DNA of 35,173 nucleotides, taken from assembly GCA_036163585.1 (NCBI GenBank), contig JAYZKH010000022.1, forward strand, positions 1-35,173, in the 5' to 3' direction. Source of the stretch: Fidelibacterota bacterium. GTDB taxonomy: Bacteria > Fidelibacterota > Marinisomatia > Marinisomatales > Marinisomataceae. The translations under genes and the position numbers were made by a program. Positions 27,928-35,173 of the stretch are shown here, piece after piece. Each line of letters begins with the position of its first letter. Position 1 is the first letter of the stretch. The notes beneath the pieces are model-generated. The model worked only from the letters and a program-made list of their open reading frames with translations. It was not told the DNA's origin and made no database searches.

Positions 27928-29148
27928 CTAATATACAAAAGGTCTCCTCAGCCTGTAATCACCAAAACCGTAATCATCTATAAATGCAAACTCTTCTCCA
28001 ATAGAAAAATAATACCAGGTTTCATATGTATAGTTTGACTGGATTGAACTATATTTTTGAATATCATCTGGTTTGCCAAATAATATGAAAATCATACCCA
28101 TGTCAGATCTCCATCCACCTGAAGTTCCTCGAGAGAAATTTTCTTCTGTAAACTGTACTCTTGCATAATATTCATCCATCAATTCATTAACTTTTGTCTC
28201 TGGTTTCGGATCTCTTCTTGCCCATGCTTTTTTAAAGAAATTTTCCTTCTCACTCTGTTTTAAATTCTTTAATTCTTTTCTTTCTTCTGTAGTCAGAATA
28301 TAGACCATCTGAGACAGAGCTAAATCAATATTGCCAACACCTCCAAACATAAAAGAATCTCTAGATTTAAATTTTGAAGATTTTGAAGCTGAAAGCTCTC
28401 CCTGATTGACAGTAATTTCAATTTTCAAATCAACTTTGTTGATATCCTTGGTAGGAAGATTAATTAAGTGAGAAATGACTTTATTTTCAGAGGATGAATT
28501 GATTGTATTTGTCCATTGTAATTTTTTACCACTAAACACATTTATAACCATATCATACTCTCCAGGAGAAATAGTAGCATATTGATAAAATTTTAATTGG
28601 TTTTCTTTAATAATTATCTGACTTGAATCAATTGGAAATTCATTATCTGAAAAACCCCATTCTCCCTCTGTTTCTTTTAAAAATATCGGTTCATAAACCT
28701 GAAAAGTATTCGAAAATTCTTCAAGATCGACTTTTTTGGTCTTTTTACTGGTCAATTTTGTATCAATATCTTTGATATTAACAGAAACAATATAATCTTT
28801 CAAAGGAACAATAAATGATGAACTTAGGATAGTGCTTTTTACTCTAGATGTAGTTTGAGAGAATTTTTTCACGATTATTTTATCAGAAAAAGAACCTGTT
28901 GCAACTTCAATATCCTCTTTGTCAGTCACAGAAAGACTTGCATCATATTCAGCAATAAAATTTCTACCCTCTTTTACAAATTGAAGAGAATAATTTGGAA
29001 TTTTAACAAAACACATAACTTCAACCAATCCTGACTCCAAAGGTCGAGTAAAAGTGCTGATTTTGAACTGATCAATGTTGCGACCTAAGTTTCTATTTTG
29101 AGAGAAGATTGCACTAATAAATAATAAGTAAATAAGAAATTTTTTCAT
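27928..29148 (-). CDS. Secreted GWxTD-domain protein (function unknown)
   Basis: It has a signal peptide (LLFISAIFS-QN) and a C-terminal SGGWRSDMGMIFILFGKPDDI, which is a GWxTD-type motif with Ser for Thr. The ATG at 29148 overlaps the upstream TGA as TGATG, and the track start at 29151 is GTG. Confidence 0.7.
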   Translation of the reverse strand: MKKFLIYLLFISAIFSQNRNLGRNIDQFKISTFTRPLESGLVEVMCFVKIPNYSLQFVKEGRNFIAEYDASLSVTDKEDIEVATGSFSDKIIVKKFSQTTSRVKSTILSSSFIVPLKDYIVSVNIKDIDTKLTSKKTKKVDLEEFSNTFQVYEPIFLKETEGEWGFSDNEFPIDSSQIIIKENQLKFYQYATISPGEYDMVINVFSGKKLQWTNTINSSSENKVISHLINLPTKDINKVDLKIEITVNQGELSASKSSKFKSRDSFMFGGVGNIDLALSQMVYILTTEERKELKNLKQSEKENFFKKAWARRDPKPETKVNELMDEYYARVQFTEENFSRGTSGGWRSDMGMIFILFGKPDDIQKYSSIQSNYTYETWYYFSIGEEFAFIDDYGFGDYRLRRPFVY

Positions 29149-30713
29149 CACAAATCCATACTGAACTTAATCAATCCATGTTTAGTAAGTAATACTAAAA
29201 AATCAGAAAAATAATTTATTTGGACTATATTTCGTAAAAATGAAAATTTATCCAAGCTTTCACCATCAAAAAATGCATATCTTTCTAACAACTCTCCAGA
29301 TTCTAAATCAAAGATAAATAATCCTGTATTTGTTGCTATGAGCATTTTCTCATTCACTATTCGAAAATCTTTAACAAAACCGTTAAAATAGAGGCTTGAA
29401 TCCACTACTTTTCTTCTATTTGGCACATTTTTATCATATTCAGTATAAATTAATGGAGAAGAAATCCAATGTTCATACAATCCATCTATCCTTGAAATAT
29501 AGATTGCATTATTCTGATAAAAAGCCGATTCTCTTAATCTTGATTTAGCAGTAAATCTCATCGCTAATACTTCACCCCAAGAATCATCGATCATATCAGG
29601 GATTGTATCGTCTGATTTTATCTTTAGTTCTTTATCTATAGCAAAAATGTTATATAGATCACGACTAACCCTACTTGAAACCCATACTTTATCCTCTCTA
29701 GAAACCATATCAACAATACCATAAAAATTGCCAAATTTTCTAAAGGAGTCTTTTTTGATATTATAGACTAAAATATAACCGTTGCTTGATCCAAACCAAA
29801 TTTCATTATCAATCTTAATGATGCATGATATAGTGCTTTTATCAAACTGGAAATATTCTTCAGGTCTAAACACTTCGGAAGTGTTTTGAAATATATCAAA
29901 TTTAGTAATTCCTCCTTCTCCTACAATCCAGAGAAAATCACCATCAACAAGTGAATTTTTTATTGGATTAGTGCCTAATCCATAATAAACTGGCTTGATT
30001 GATTTAGTAAATTTGTCTATCTGTAATAAAAATCCATTATCTAAGCCAATCCAATCAAACATATGTTCAGATTGATAGTAAGATTCATACTTTAAAAATC
30101 TTCCTTGATTGTCCGATGCTCCATTGATAGTTAGCATCCATCCATTTTCAATAAAATAATCATTGAAATTGAAATTAGTCATGTTCATATATTGATAAGA
30201 TATATCTCCCCAGTTAATGTTGTCTTCATCAGGAAATGCATAAGTTCCTAAATCGGTACCATTAATATGATCTAATTTGACAAAGTTAGGTCCTGATTTC
30301 AGCCACAGATAATTCGCACTAGAACCAATATCTGAAATTATCATTCTACTTGGAACATAAGCCGATTCATACCAATCACTGGTCTTTGAAAAACTATATT
30401 CTATAGATTGATTTCCAACAGCCCATAAAATTCCTGTTTTTTCATCATAAAAAACATGCTTAATAGACCTTGAATGTAAACCTTGTGCTTCTGTTATAGG
30501 AGTATCAAATTGCTGCGAAAATTTGTTAAATCGTAGAATGCCCGCATTGTCCGTCGCAAAATAGAAAAAAGAATTGTCTTCAGAGATCGAATTAATCTTT
30601 AAAGGTTGACTGTATATTTCCCAATCAACTATATCAAAACGATTTTCATTTTGAGCAACTATACAACTAAAAAGAAGAATTAGAAATAATTTATCTCTTA
30701 TTCCTTGAACCAT
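29148..30713 (-). CDS. Exported (possibly lipidated) beta-propeller protein with two-component-regulator-propeller-like blades
   Basis: It has a signal sequence, KLFLILLFS-C. Blade-like segments recur: INSISEDNSFFYFATDNAGILRF, IKHVFYDEKTGILWAVGNQSIEY, LVDGDFLWIVGEGGITKFD, IIKIDNEIWFGSSNGYILVYN and IVNEKMLIATNTGLFIFD. Confidence 0.55.
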   Translation of the reverse strand: MVQGIRDKLFLILLFSCIVAQNENRFDIVDWEIYSQPLKINSISEDNSFFYFATDNAGILRFNKFSQQFDTPITEAQGLHSRSIKHVFYDEKTGILWAVGNQSIEYSFSKTSDWYESAYVPSRMIISDIGSSANYLWLKSGPNFVKLDHINGTDLGTYAFPDEDNINWGDISYQYMNMTNFNFNDYFIENGWMLTINGASDNQGRFLKYESYYQSEHMFDWIGLDNGFLLQIDKFTKSIKPVYYGLGTNPIKNSLVDGDFLWIVGEGGITKFDIFQNTSEVFRPEEYFQFDKSTISCIIKIDNEIWFGSSNGYILVYNIKKDSFRKFGNFYGIVDMVSREDKVWVSSRVSRDLYNIFAIDKELKIKSDDTIPDMIDDSWGEVLAMRFTAKSRLRESAFYQNNAIYISRIDGLYEHWISSPLIYTEYDKNVPNRRKVVDSSLYFNGFVKDFRIVNEKMLIATNTGLFIFDLESGELLERYAFFDGESLDKFSFLRNIVQINYFSDFLVLLTKHGLIKFSMDL

Positions 30714-31383
30714 GATTTGATTTTTTATGTCCCTTTCTAATTTTTGCTATATGACCGTTATCCAAATATATAACCACACTTGAGAACTGTTTCAAGAAAT
30801 AGTCACTATGAGATGAAAGAATCATTGTTGTCCCTAATAAATCATTCATTTTCAGCAACTTTCTTCTGAGAACCATCTCATTTTTGTTATCTAAATAAAC
30901 TCCATAATCATCAATTAATAGCACTCTAGGATCTTTTTCTAAACCAACGACAGTTTTCAACCAATGTTTTTGACCATCAGATAGTTTATTAACCGAAATA
31001 TCCAACATTTTTTGGAAATTAAAAGATGTAAAATGACGTGTGTAAATATCCTTATGTTTCGACGGAAAACTCTTTTTAATAAAGTTTCTAACAGTTGAGT
31101 TAGTGCTCAACATATCGGATTGGATATAAAATATTTCTTTTTCTCTTTTTATATTTCCAAAAAGGCTTTTTCTAAATGGAGCTCCTCGATAGAGAACATC
31201 TCCTTTAGATTGAGATTGATACCCTGATAAAACTTTCATTAAAGATGTTTTTCCAGAACCTAGATTACCACAAAGACCATAAATTAGTCCGTTGTGAAAT
31301 TTTAGTGTATTAATATCTAAAATCTTGTTCTTATCATGATTTAATACTAAATCATTGATATTATAAATCTGTTTTAATTCCAT
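30691..31383 (-). CDS. Orphan ABC-type ATPase with degenerate Walker B and a basic C-terminal tail
   Basis: Walker A GNLGSGKTS, Q-loop YIQSD, signature LSDGQ, Walker B VLLIDD followed by Y (Asp where the catalytic Glu is expected) and H-loop SSHS. The tail is RKGHKKSNHGSRNKR. There is no adjacent permease gene. Confidence 0.8.
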   Translation of the reverse strand: MELKQIYNINDLVLNHDKNKILDINTLKFHNGLIYGLCGNLGSGKTSLMKVLSGYQSQSKGDVLYRGAPFRKSLFGNIKREKEIFYIQSDMLSTNSTVRNFIKKSFPSKHKDIYTRHFTSFNFQKMLDISVNKLSDGQKHWLKTVVGLEKDPRVLLIDDYGVYLDNKNEMVLRRKLLKMNDLLGTTMILSSHSDYFLKQFSSVVIYLDNGHIAKIRKGHKKSNHGSRNKR

Positions 31384-31387
31384 ATTG

Positions 31388-31393
31388 CCTCCC
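31388..31393 (-). promoter_or_regulatory. Strong Shine-Dalgarno GGGAGG, 4 nt upstream of the ABC-ATPase ATG
   Basis: The minus strand reads cttaGGGAGGcaatATG. It lies in the 34-nt gap after trxB. Confidence 0.5.
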
Positions 31394-31417
31394 TAAGGAC
31401 AGGCAAACTATTCTTAA

Positions 31418-32353
31418 TTATAAATTTTCTAAATACTTCTCTACATCTATTGCTGCCATAGAACCTGACCCAGCAGCTGTCACTGCTTGTCTATAGTAGC
31501 TATCTTGAACATCTCCACAAGCAAAAACTCCAGGAATATTGGTTGCAGTTGATTTACCTTTTGTCTGTATATATCCCTGATCATCTAAATCGATTATATC
31601 CTTGAATGCATGTGTATTTGGAGTATGTCCAATGCCGTAAAATACTCCCTCACAATCAAACTTGTTTTCACTTCCATCTGCTGTGTTTGTCAATAAAACA
31701 CTATTTACTCCATCTTTTTGTGATCCAAAAATATCACTAACAACAGCATTTTTTATAATATCGATTTTTGGATTATTCAAAGCTCTATCAATCATTATTT
31801 TTGATGCACGGAATTCTTCTCTTCGATGAATGATAGTAACTTTACTAGCAAATTTTGTTAAAAAAATTGCTTCTTCCATCGCTGAATCTCCACCACCCAC
31901 GACTATTATCTCTTTATCTTTGAAAAAATAGCCGTCACATGTAGCACAAGTACTGATTCCATGACCCATTAATTCATTCTCTGCATCAAGGCCTAATAAT
32001 CTTGCTGATGCACCAGTAGAAATAATCACTGACTGAGTAAGATATTCTTCTTCTCCGACATAAATTTTAAATGGAGAATTTGAAAAATCTACTTTTGATA
32101 CATGCTTATAAAAACATTGAGCTCCAAATTTTTGAGCTTGTTTACGAAACAAATCCATCATTTCTGGTCCTAAAACTCCGTCTGGGAATCCAGGATAATT
32201 TTCTACATCCGTAGTAATTGTGAGTTGACCACCAGGTTGGTTTCCCTCGAAAACAATTGGATTGAGATTAGCTCTTGCTGCATAGATTGCAGCAGTAAGT
32301 CCGGCAGGACCAGAACCAATAATAATGGTTTTATGAATAGTTTTCTCTGTCAC
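31418..32353 (-). CDS. trxB: Thioredoxin-disulfide reductase
   Basis: FAD motif IIIGSGPAGLTAAIYAARA, redox centre CATCDG, NADPH motif VVGGGDSAMEEA and C-terminal GDV...RQAVTAAGSG. GTG start. Confidence 0.95.
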   Translation of the reverse strand: MTEKTIHKTIIIGSGPAGLTAAIYAARANLNPIVFEGNQPGGQLTITTDVENYPGFPDGVLGPEMMDLFRKQAQKFGAQCFYKHVSKVDFSNSPFKIYVGEEEYLTQSVIISTGASARLLGLDAENELMGHGISTCATCDGYFFKDKEIIVVGGGDSAMEEAIFLTKFASKVTIIHRREEFRASKIMIDRALNNPKIDIIKNAVVSDIFGSQKDGVNSVLLTNTADGSENKFDCEGVFYGIGHTPNTHAFKDIIDLDDQGYIQTKGKSTATNIPGVFACGDVQDSYYRQAVTAAGSGSMAAIDVEKYLENL

Positions 32354-32362
32354 TAAATTAAA

Positions 32363-32695
32363 TTAACCTTCTACAATTCGGGTAATATTATCTACTAACG
32401 TCTGTTTTGACTGAAGACCAACTTCTTGATGCACTATTTCTCCGTTATAAAAGAAGTATAAAGTTGGTATACTGCGAATTCCGTTCTTTCCAGCTAGTTC
32501 TGACTCTTGGTCGACATTTACCTTACCTATTAACACTTTATCGCCAAATTCATCTGAAATTTCATCTAGAATAGGTGCTATAGCTTTACATGGACCGCAC
32601 CATTCAGCCCAAAAATCTAAAATCACAAGTTTTTCTGACTTAAGTACAAGATTTTCAAAATTGTCATTTTTGACTTCGACAGTATTGTTAGACAT
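32363..32695 (-). CDS. trxA: Thioredoxin
   Basis: 110 aa with FWAEWCGPCK at the active site and the cis-Pro region IRSIPT. An AGGAA sits 5 nt upstream of the ATG. Confidence 0.95.
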   Translation of the reverse strand: MSNNTVEVKNDNFENLVLKSEKLVILDFWAEWCGPCKAIAPILDEISDEFGDKVLIGKVNVDQESELAGKNGIRSIPTLYFFYNGEIVHQEVGLQSKQTLVDNITRIVEG

Positions 32696-32785
32696 AAAAT
32701 TTCCTAAATTATATTAAAAATAACTACCGAATTTATGAGAATAATTTACTTTGAGTAACAAAAAAATGATATAAAGAGAATTTTC

Positions 32786-33997
32786 TTAAGTTAATACTCT
32801 TAGAAAACGTCTTTTTCCAACTTTAATTATGGATTCTCCGCTGTCTTTTTTAAGAATATGTGAAGGATCACTGCAAATTTCTCCATTAATCTTGACAGCA
32901 TTTTGCCCGATTAAACGCTTTGCTTCTCCTTTACTGGAAACCAATTTCTCTGATACTAAGATATCAATTAGAGCAGATTCTGAATCCAGGTTCACAGTTG
33001 GCATATCATCTGGGATATCTTTCTTGACAAATATTTGATCAAATGCTTCCTCTGCTTTCTGTGCATCAGAATCGTTGTAATAACGAGAAACTAAATCTTT
33101 TGCCAGCTCTCTCTTAATATCACGAGGATTAATTGACGAATCTCCTAACTGTTTTTCGACCGATTCTAGTTTATTTTTATCAGCAAACACAGCTAGTTTG
33201 TAATATTTTAATATCATATCATCACTAATTGATAAAATTTTTCCGTACATATCCTCGGGAGAATCATCTAATGCAACATAATTATCATATGATTTTGACA
33301 TTTTTTCTACACCATCTGTCCCCTCTAATAAAGGAAGTGTAATTATTGTCTGAGGTGATTGGTCATATTCTCTCTGTAAATCCCTTCCAACCAATAGATT
33401 AAACTTTTGATCTGTTCCTCCTAATTCTACATCAGCATTAATTTCAACAGAATCCATTGCTTGTGCTAAAGGATACAAAAATTCATGCATAGAAATAGGA
33501 ATTTCAGATTCAAAACGTTTTGTAAAATCATCGCGTTCAATCATGCGAGCAACAGTGTATTTACTGCTCATTTCTATTACATCTTGAAAGTTCATCTTAT
33601 TTAGCCAAGTGCTATTAAATAAGACTTTAATAGTATCTACATTAAGTATTACTTTAGATTGTTCAATGTATGATTCTGCATTCGCTTTTGCTTCATCTAT
33701 TGTAAGTTGTGGACGTGTTTTATTACGTTCAGATGGGTCTCCAATCATGGCAGTAAAATCACCAATTACCAACACTGCTTGATGTCCTAAATCTTGGAAA
33801 TCTCTAAGTTTCTGTAGTACAACAGCATGGCCAATATGTAAATCTGGCCTACTAGGATCGCAACCCAATTTCACGACAAGAGGCTTATTGTTTTCGATAG
33901 AGTTTTCTAATTTTTTACGAAGGTCTTTAAGGGGAATAACCTCCTCTGTTCCTCTTGATATAACTTCTAATTGATCATCAACAGGTAAAAATGCCAT
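32786..33997 (-). CDS. tyrS: Tyrosine--tRNA ligase (type with C-terminal S4-like domain)
   Basis: HIGH motif (DLHIGHAV), KMSKS present, GGTDQKFN, and a C-terminal S4-like segment SKGEAKRLIGQNAVKING. TAATG overlap with the smpB stop. Confidence 0.95.
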   Translation of the reverse strand: MAFLPVDDQLEVISRGTEEVIPLKDLRKKLENSIENNKPLVVKLGCDPSRPDLHIGHAVVLQKLRDFQDLGHQAVLVIGDFTAMIGDPSERNKTRPQLTIDEAKANAESYIEQSKVILNVDTIKVLFNSTWLNKMNFQDVIEMSSKYTVARMIERDDFTKRFESEIPISMHEFLYPLAQAMDSVEINADVELGGTDQKFNLLVGRDLQREYDQSPQTIITLPLLEGTDGVEKMSKSYDNYVALDDSPEDMYGKILSISDDMILKYYKLAVFADKNKLESVEKQLGDSSINPRDIKRELAKDLVSRYYNDSDAQKAEEAFDQIFVKKDIPDDMPTVNLDSESALIDILVSEKLVSSKGEAKRLIGQNAVKINGEICSDPSHILKKDSGESIIKVGKRRFLRVLT

Positions 33998-34452
33998 TAT
34001 CTTTTCCTCATTTCTCGTCGAGCTTCTCTATCTAAATCTTTTATTTTCAAACTTTCTTTTTTCTGGTATGTTTTTTTCCCTTTGGCAGTAGCAAATTCAA
34101 TCTTTGCTAAGCCTCCCTTAAAATAAGCTTTTAACGGAACAATAGTTAGTCCTTTTTGTGCAGCAACACTCTTTAGACGTAATAATTCTTTTTTATGCAA
34201 TAATAGCTCACGATTCCTCGTCGGATGATGACCTTCAAAACCAGTATGTGAATATCTACTAATATGAGCACCTATGAGAAAGATTTTATTATCTCTTATA
34301 GTCACAAAACTATCTTTAAGGTTTAACTTTTTTTCACGCAAACTTTTAACTTCGCTGCCTAAAAGTATTATGCCAGCTTCGTAGCGATCAATAATTGTAT
34401 AGCTATGAAATGCTTTACGATTATTGCTAATTATTTCAATATTTTTATCCAT
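33997..34452 (-). CDS. smpB: SsrA-binding protein SmpB
   Basis: NRKAFHSYTIIDRYEAGIILLGSEVKSLR...LLLHKKEL...GLTIVPLKAYF is the canonical SmpB sequence, with a basic C-terminal tail. Confidence 0.95.
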   Translation of the reverse strand: MDKNIEIISNNRKAFHSYTIIDRYEAGIILLGSEVKSLREKKLNLKDSFVTIRDNKIFLIGAHISRYSHTGFEGHHPTRNRELLLHKKELLRLKSVAAQKGLTIVPLKAYFKGGLAKIEFATAKGKKTYQKKESLKIKDLDREARREMRKR

Positions 34453-34599
34453 AAAAAAAAGTTATGCTATTTTTAAATAATTTCCTTAAATTCAAATAAT
34501 ACTAAATATAGAAAGTTTTCAACATTATGTGTAAAATAATTGTGTGTTAATATATATAGCATTATGTTACAGTAGGAAACTTAAGGAAAAATTATAAAT

Positions 34600-35088
34600 A
34601 TGAGTAGTATTTACAAAAGAAAAAGGGATGGAAAAAATGATGGATATATCATGTATTCAATATATGCATATGATCCATTAAAAAATAAAAAAAGGTATTT
34701 TAATATAACTTTGGGCAAGCTTGGCCCTACTCTAACATGGAATGACTGTATAAAAAAACAAAAAGAACTGGATAAAGTCTTTGATATTAAAAAAGGCGGT
34801 AAAGAGGATCTCTCCCTCAATAAAGCAATAGAAATATATTTAGAATACAAAAAAATTCACTTTAAGACAAAACCTCCTAAGTCTTCGACGATAAAATTAA
34901 TTTCTTATCATCTAAAAACATTCAAAAAATTTATTACTTCTCGTTATGGACAAGGAATTATGATTAAACATATCGATATGAATATACTCGTATCTTATTT
35001 TGCTATCAGAGATAAAGAACTGAAGGATAGTTCAAGGGAAGTTCATACGAGGATTATAAGAAGTTTCTTCGACTGGGCAAAAAACTAA
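34600..35088 (+). CDS. Truncated tyrosine-recombinase/integrase: arm-type plus core-binding (SAM-like) domains only, catalytic domain missing
   Basis: 162 aa. A beta-rich N-terminus (IYKRKRDGKNDGYIMYSIYAYD...YFNITLG) is followed by helices typical of the integrase core-binding domain (AIEIYLEYKK...STIKLISYHLKTFKKFI...HTRIIRSFFDWA). The TAA stop lies 5 nt from the 3' end of tRNA-Gly. No R-K-H-R-H-Y catalytic region exists in any frame. Confidence 0.55.
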   Translation: MSSIYKRKRDGKNDGYIMYSIYAYDPLKNKKRYFNITLGKLGPTLTWNDCIKKQKELDKVFDIKKGGKEDLSLNKAIEIYLEYKKIHFKTKPPKSSTIKLISYHLKTFKKFITSRYGQGIMIKHIDMNILVSYFAIRDKELKDSSREVHTRIIRSFFDWAKN

Positions 35089-35093
35089 TATTG

Positions 35094-35166
35094 AGCGAGT
35101 GACGAGATTCGAACTCGCGACCCCAACCTTGGCAAGGTTGTGCTCTACCAGCTGAGCTACACTCGC
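35094..35166 (-). tRNA. tRNA-Gly (anticodon GCC)
   Basis: The reverse complement reads GCGAGTGTAGCTCAGCTGGTAGAGCACAACCTTGCCAAGGTTGGGGTCGCGAGTTCGAATCTCGTCACTCGCT. It has acceptor GCGAGTG/CACTCGC, anticodon stem CAACC/GGTTG with loop UU-GCC-AA, T-loop TTCGAAT and discriminator U. No CCA is encoded. Confidence 0.9.
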
Positions 35167-35173
35167 ATATGTC

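Noticed and set aside
30691-31383. Assigning the orphan ABC ATPase to LptB, a second FtsE or GldA
   Set aside because: Similarity is limited to generic NBD motifs. There is no lptFG/gldFG/ftsX-like partner adjacent, and family assignment needs a phylogeny I cannot run.
32696-32785. Largest intergenic gap (tyrS-trxA), examined for a terminator, riboswitch or promoter
   Set aside because: It holds only a weak 5-bp inverted repeat with an 18-nt loop and weak -35/-10 look-alikes (TTGTTA ... TCATAA; TATAAT only ~9 nt, the tttaggaaa stretch containing the SD, upstream of the trxA ATG). These are indistinguishable from chance in AT-rich DNA.
34453-34599. Possible tmRNA (ssrA) or second att site next to smpB
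   Set aside because: The 147 nt contain no tRNA-like acceptor/T-arm (no GGTTCGAATCC-type element) and no copy of the tRNA-Gly 3' segment. The region is also far too short for a tmRNA.
34611-34850. 79-aa minus-strand ORF antisense to the integrase stump
   Set aside because: It has no motif and lies wholly within the better-supported plus-strand ORF. The region is AT-rich, so chance ORFs are expected.

Overview
The window is AT-rich and very gene-dense, and it reads as chromosomal backbone rather than an accessory island. From nt 390 to 34452, tRNA-Ser(GCT) and 35 consecutive CDS all lie on the minus strand. The largest gap between them is 90 nt, and many junctions are 1-nt (TAATG/TGATG) or 4-nt (ATGA) stop/start overlaps. 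The only plus-strand genes are at the two ends: a 5'-truncated GHMP kinase, and a truncated integrase that abuts tRNA-Gly(GCC).

Housekeeping genes I recognise: obg, icd, coaD, rsmD, dnaJ, grpE, ftsX, ftsE, a CaCA antiporter, nadD, bamD, glyA, the elongasome block mreB-mreC-mreD-mrdA-rodA, trxB, trxA, tyrS and smpB. There is also a TPR-protein-associated TRAP transporter (tatT-tatP-tatQM) followed by a PorV/FadL-like outer-membrane barrel.

Three poorly characterised envelope-type modules sit inside this train:
- 3726-6033: a pilin-like protein with an uncleavable leader, plus a single-chain PilM/N/O- or GspL-like protein.
- 17329-22020: a half-size, motif-dead glycogen-synthase-like protein, then a lipoprotein, an OM beta-barrel and a secreted TPR protein.
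- 27388-31383: an orphan degenerate ABC ATPase, then an exported beta-propeller, a GWxTD-domain protein and an RNase HI-like protein, directly upstream of mreB.

I saw no CRISPR array, IS element, rRNA or long repeat. The gene content (PorV/PorQ, GWxTD, GlgA-N-like plus lipoprotein pair) suggests an FCB-superphylum-like, streamlined, probably marine bacterium. That lineage call is inference only. All domain calls come from reading motifs by eye, not from database searches.
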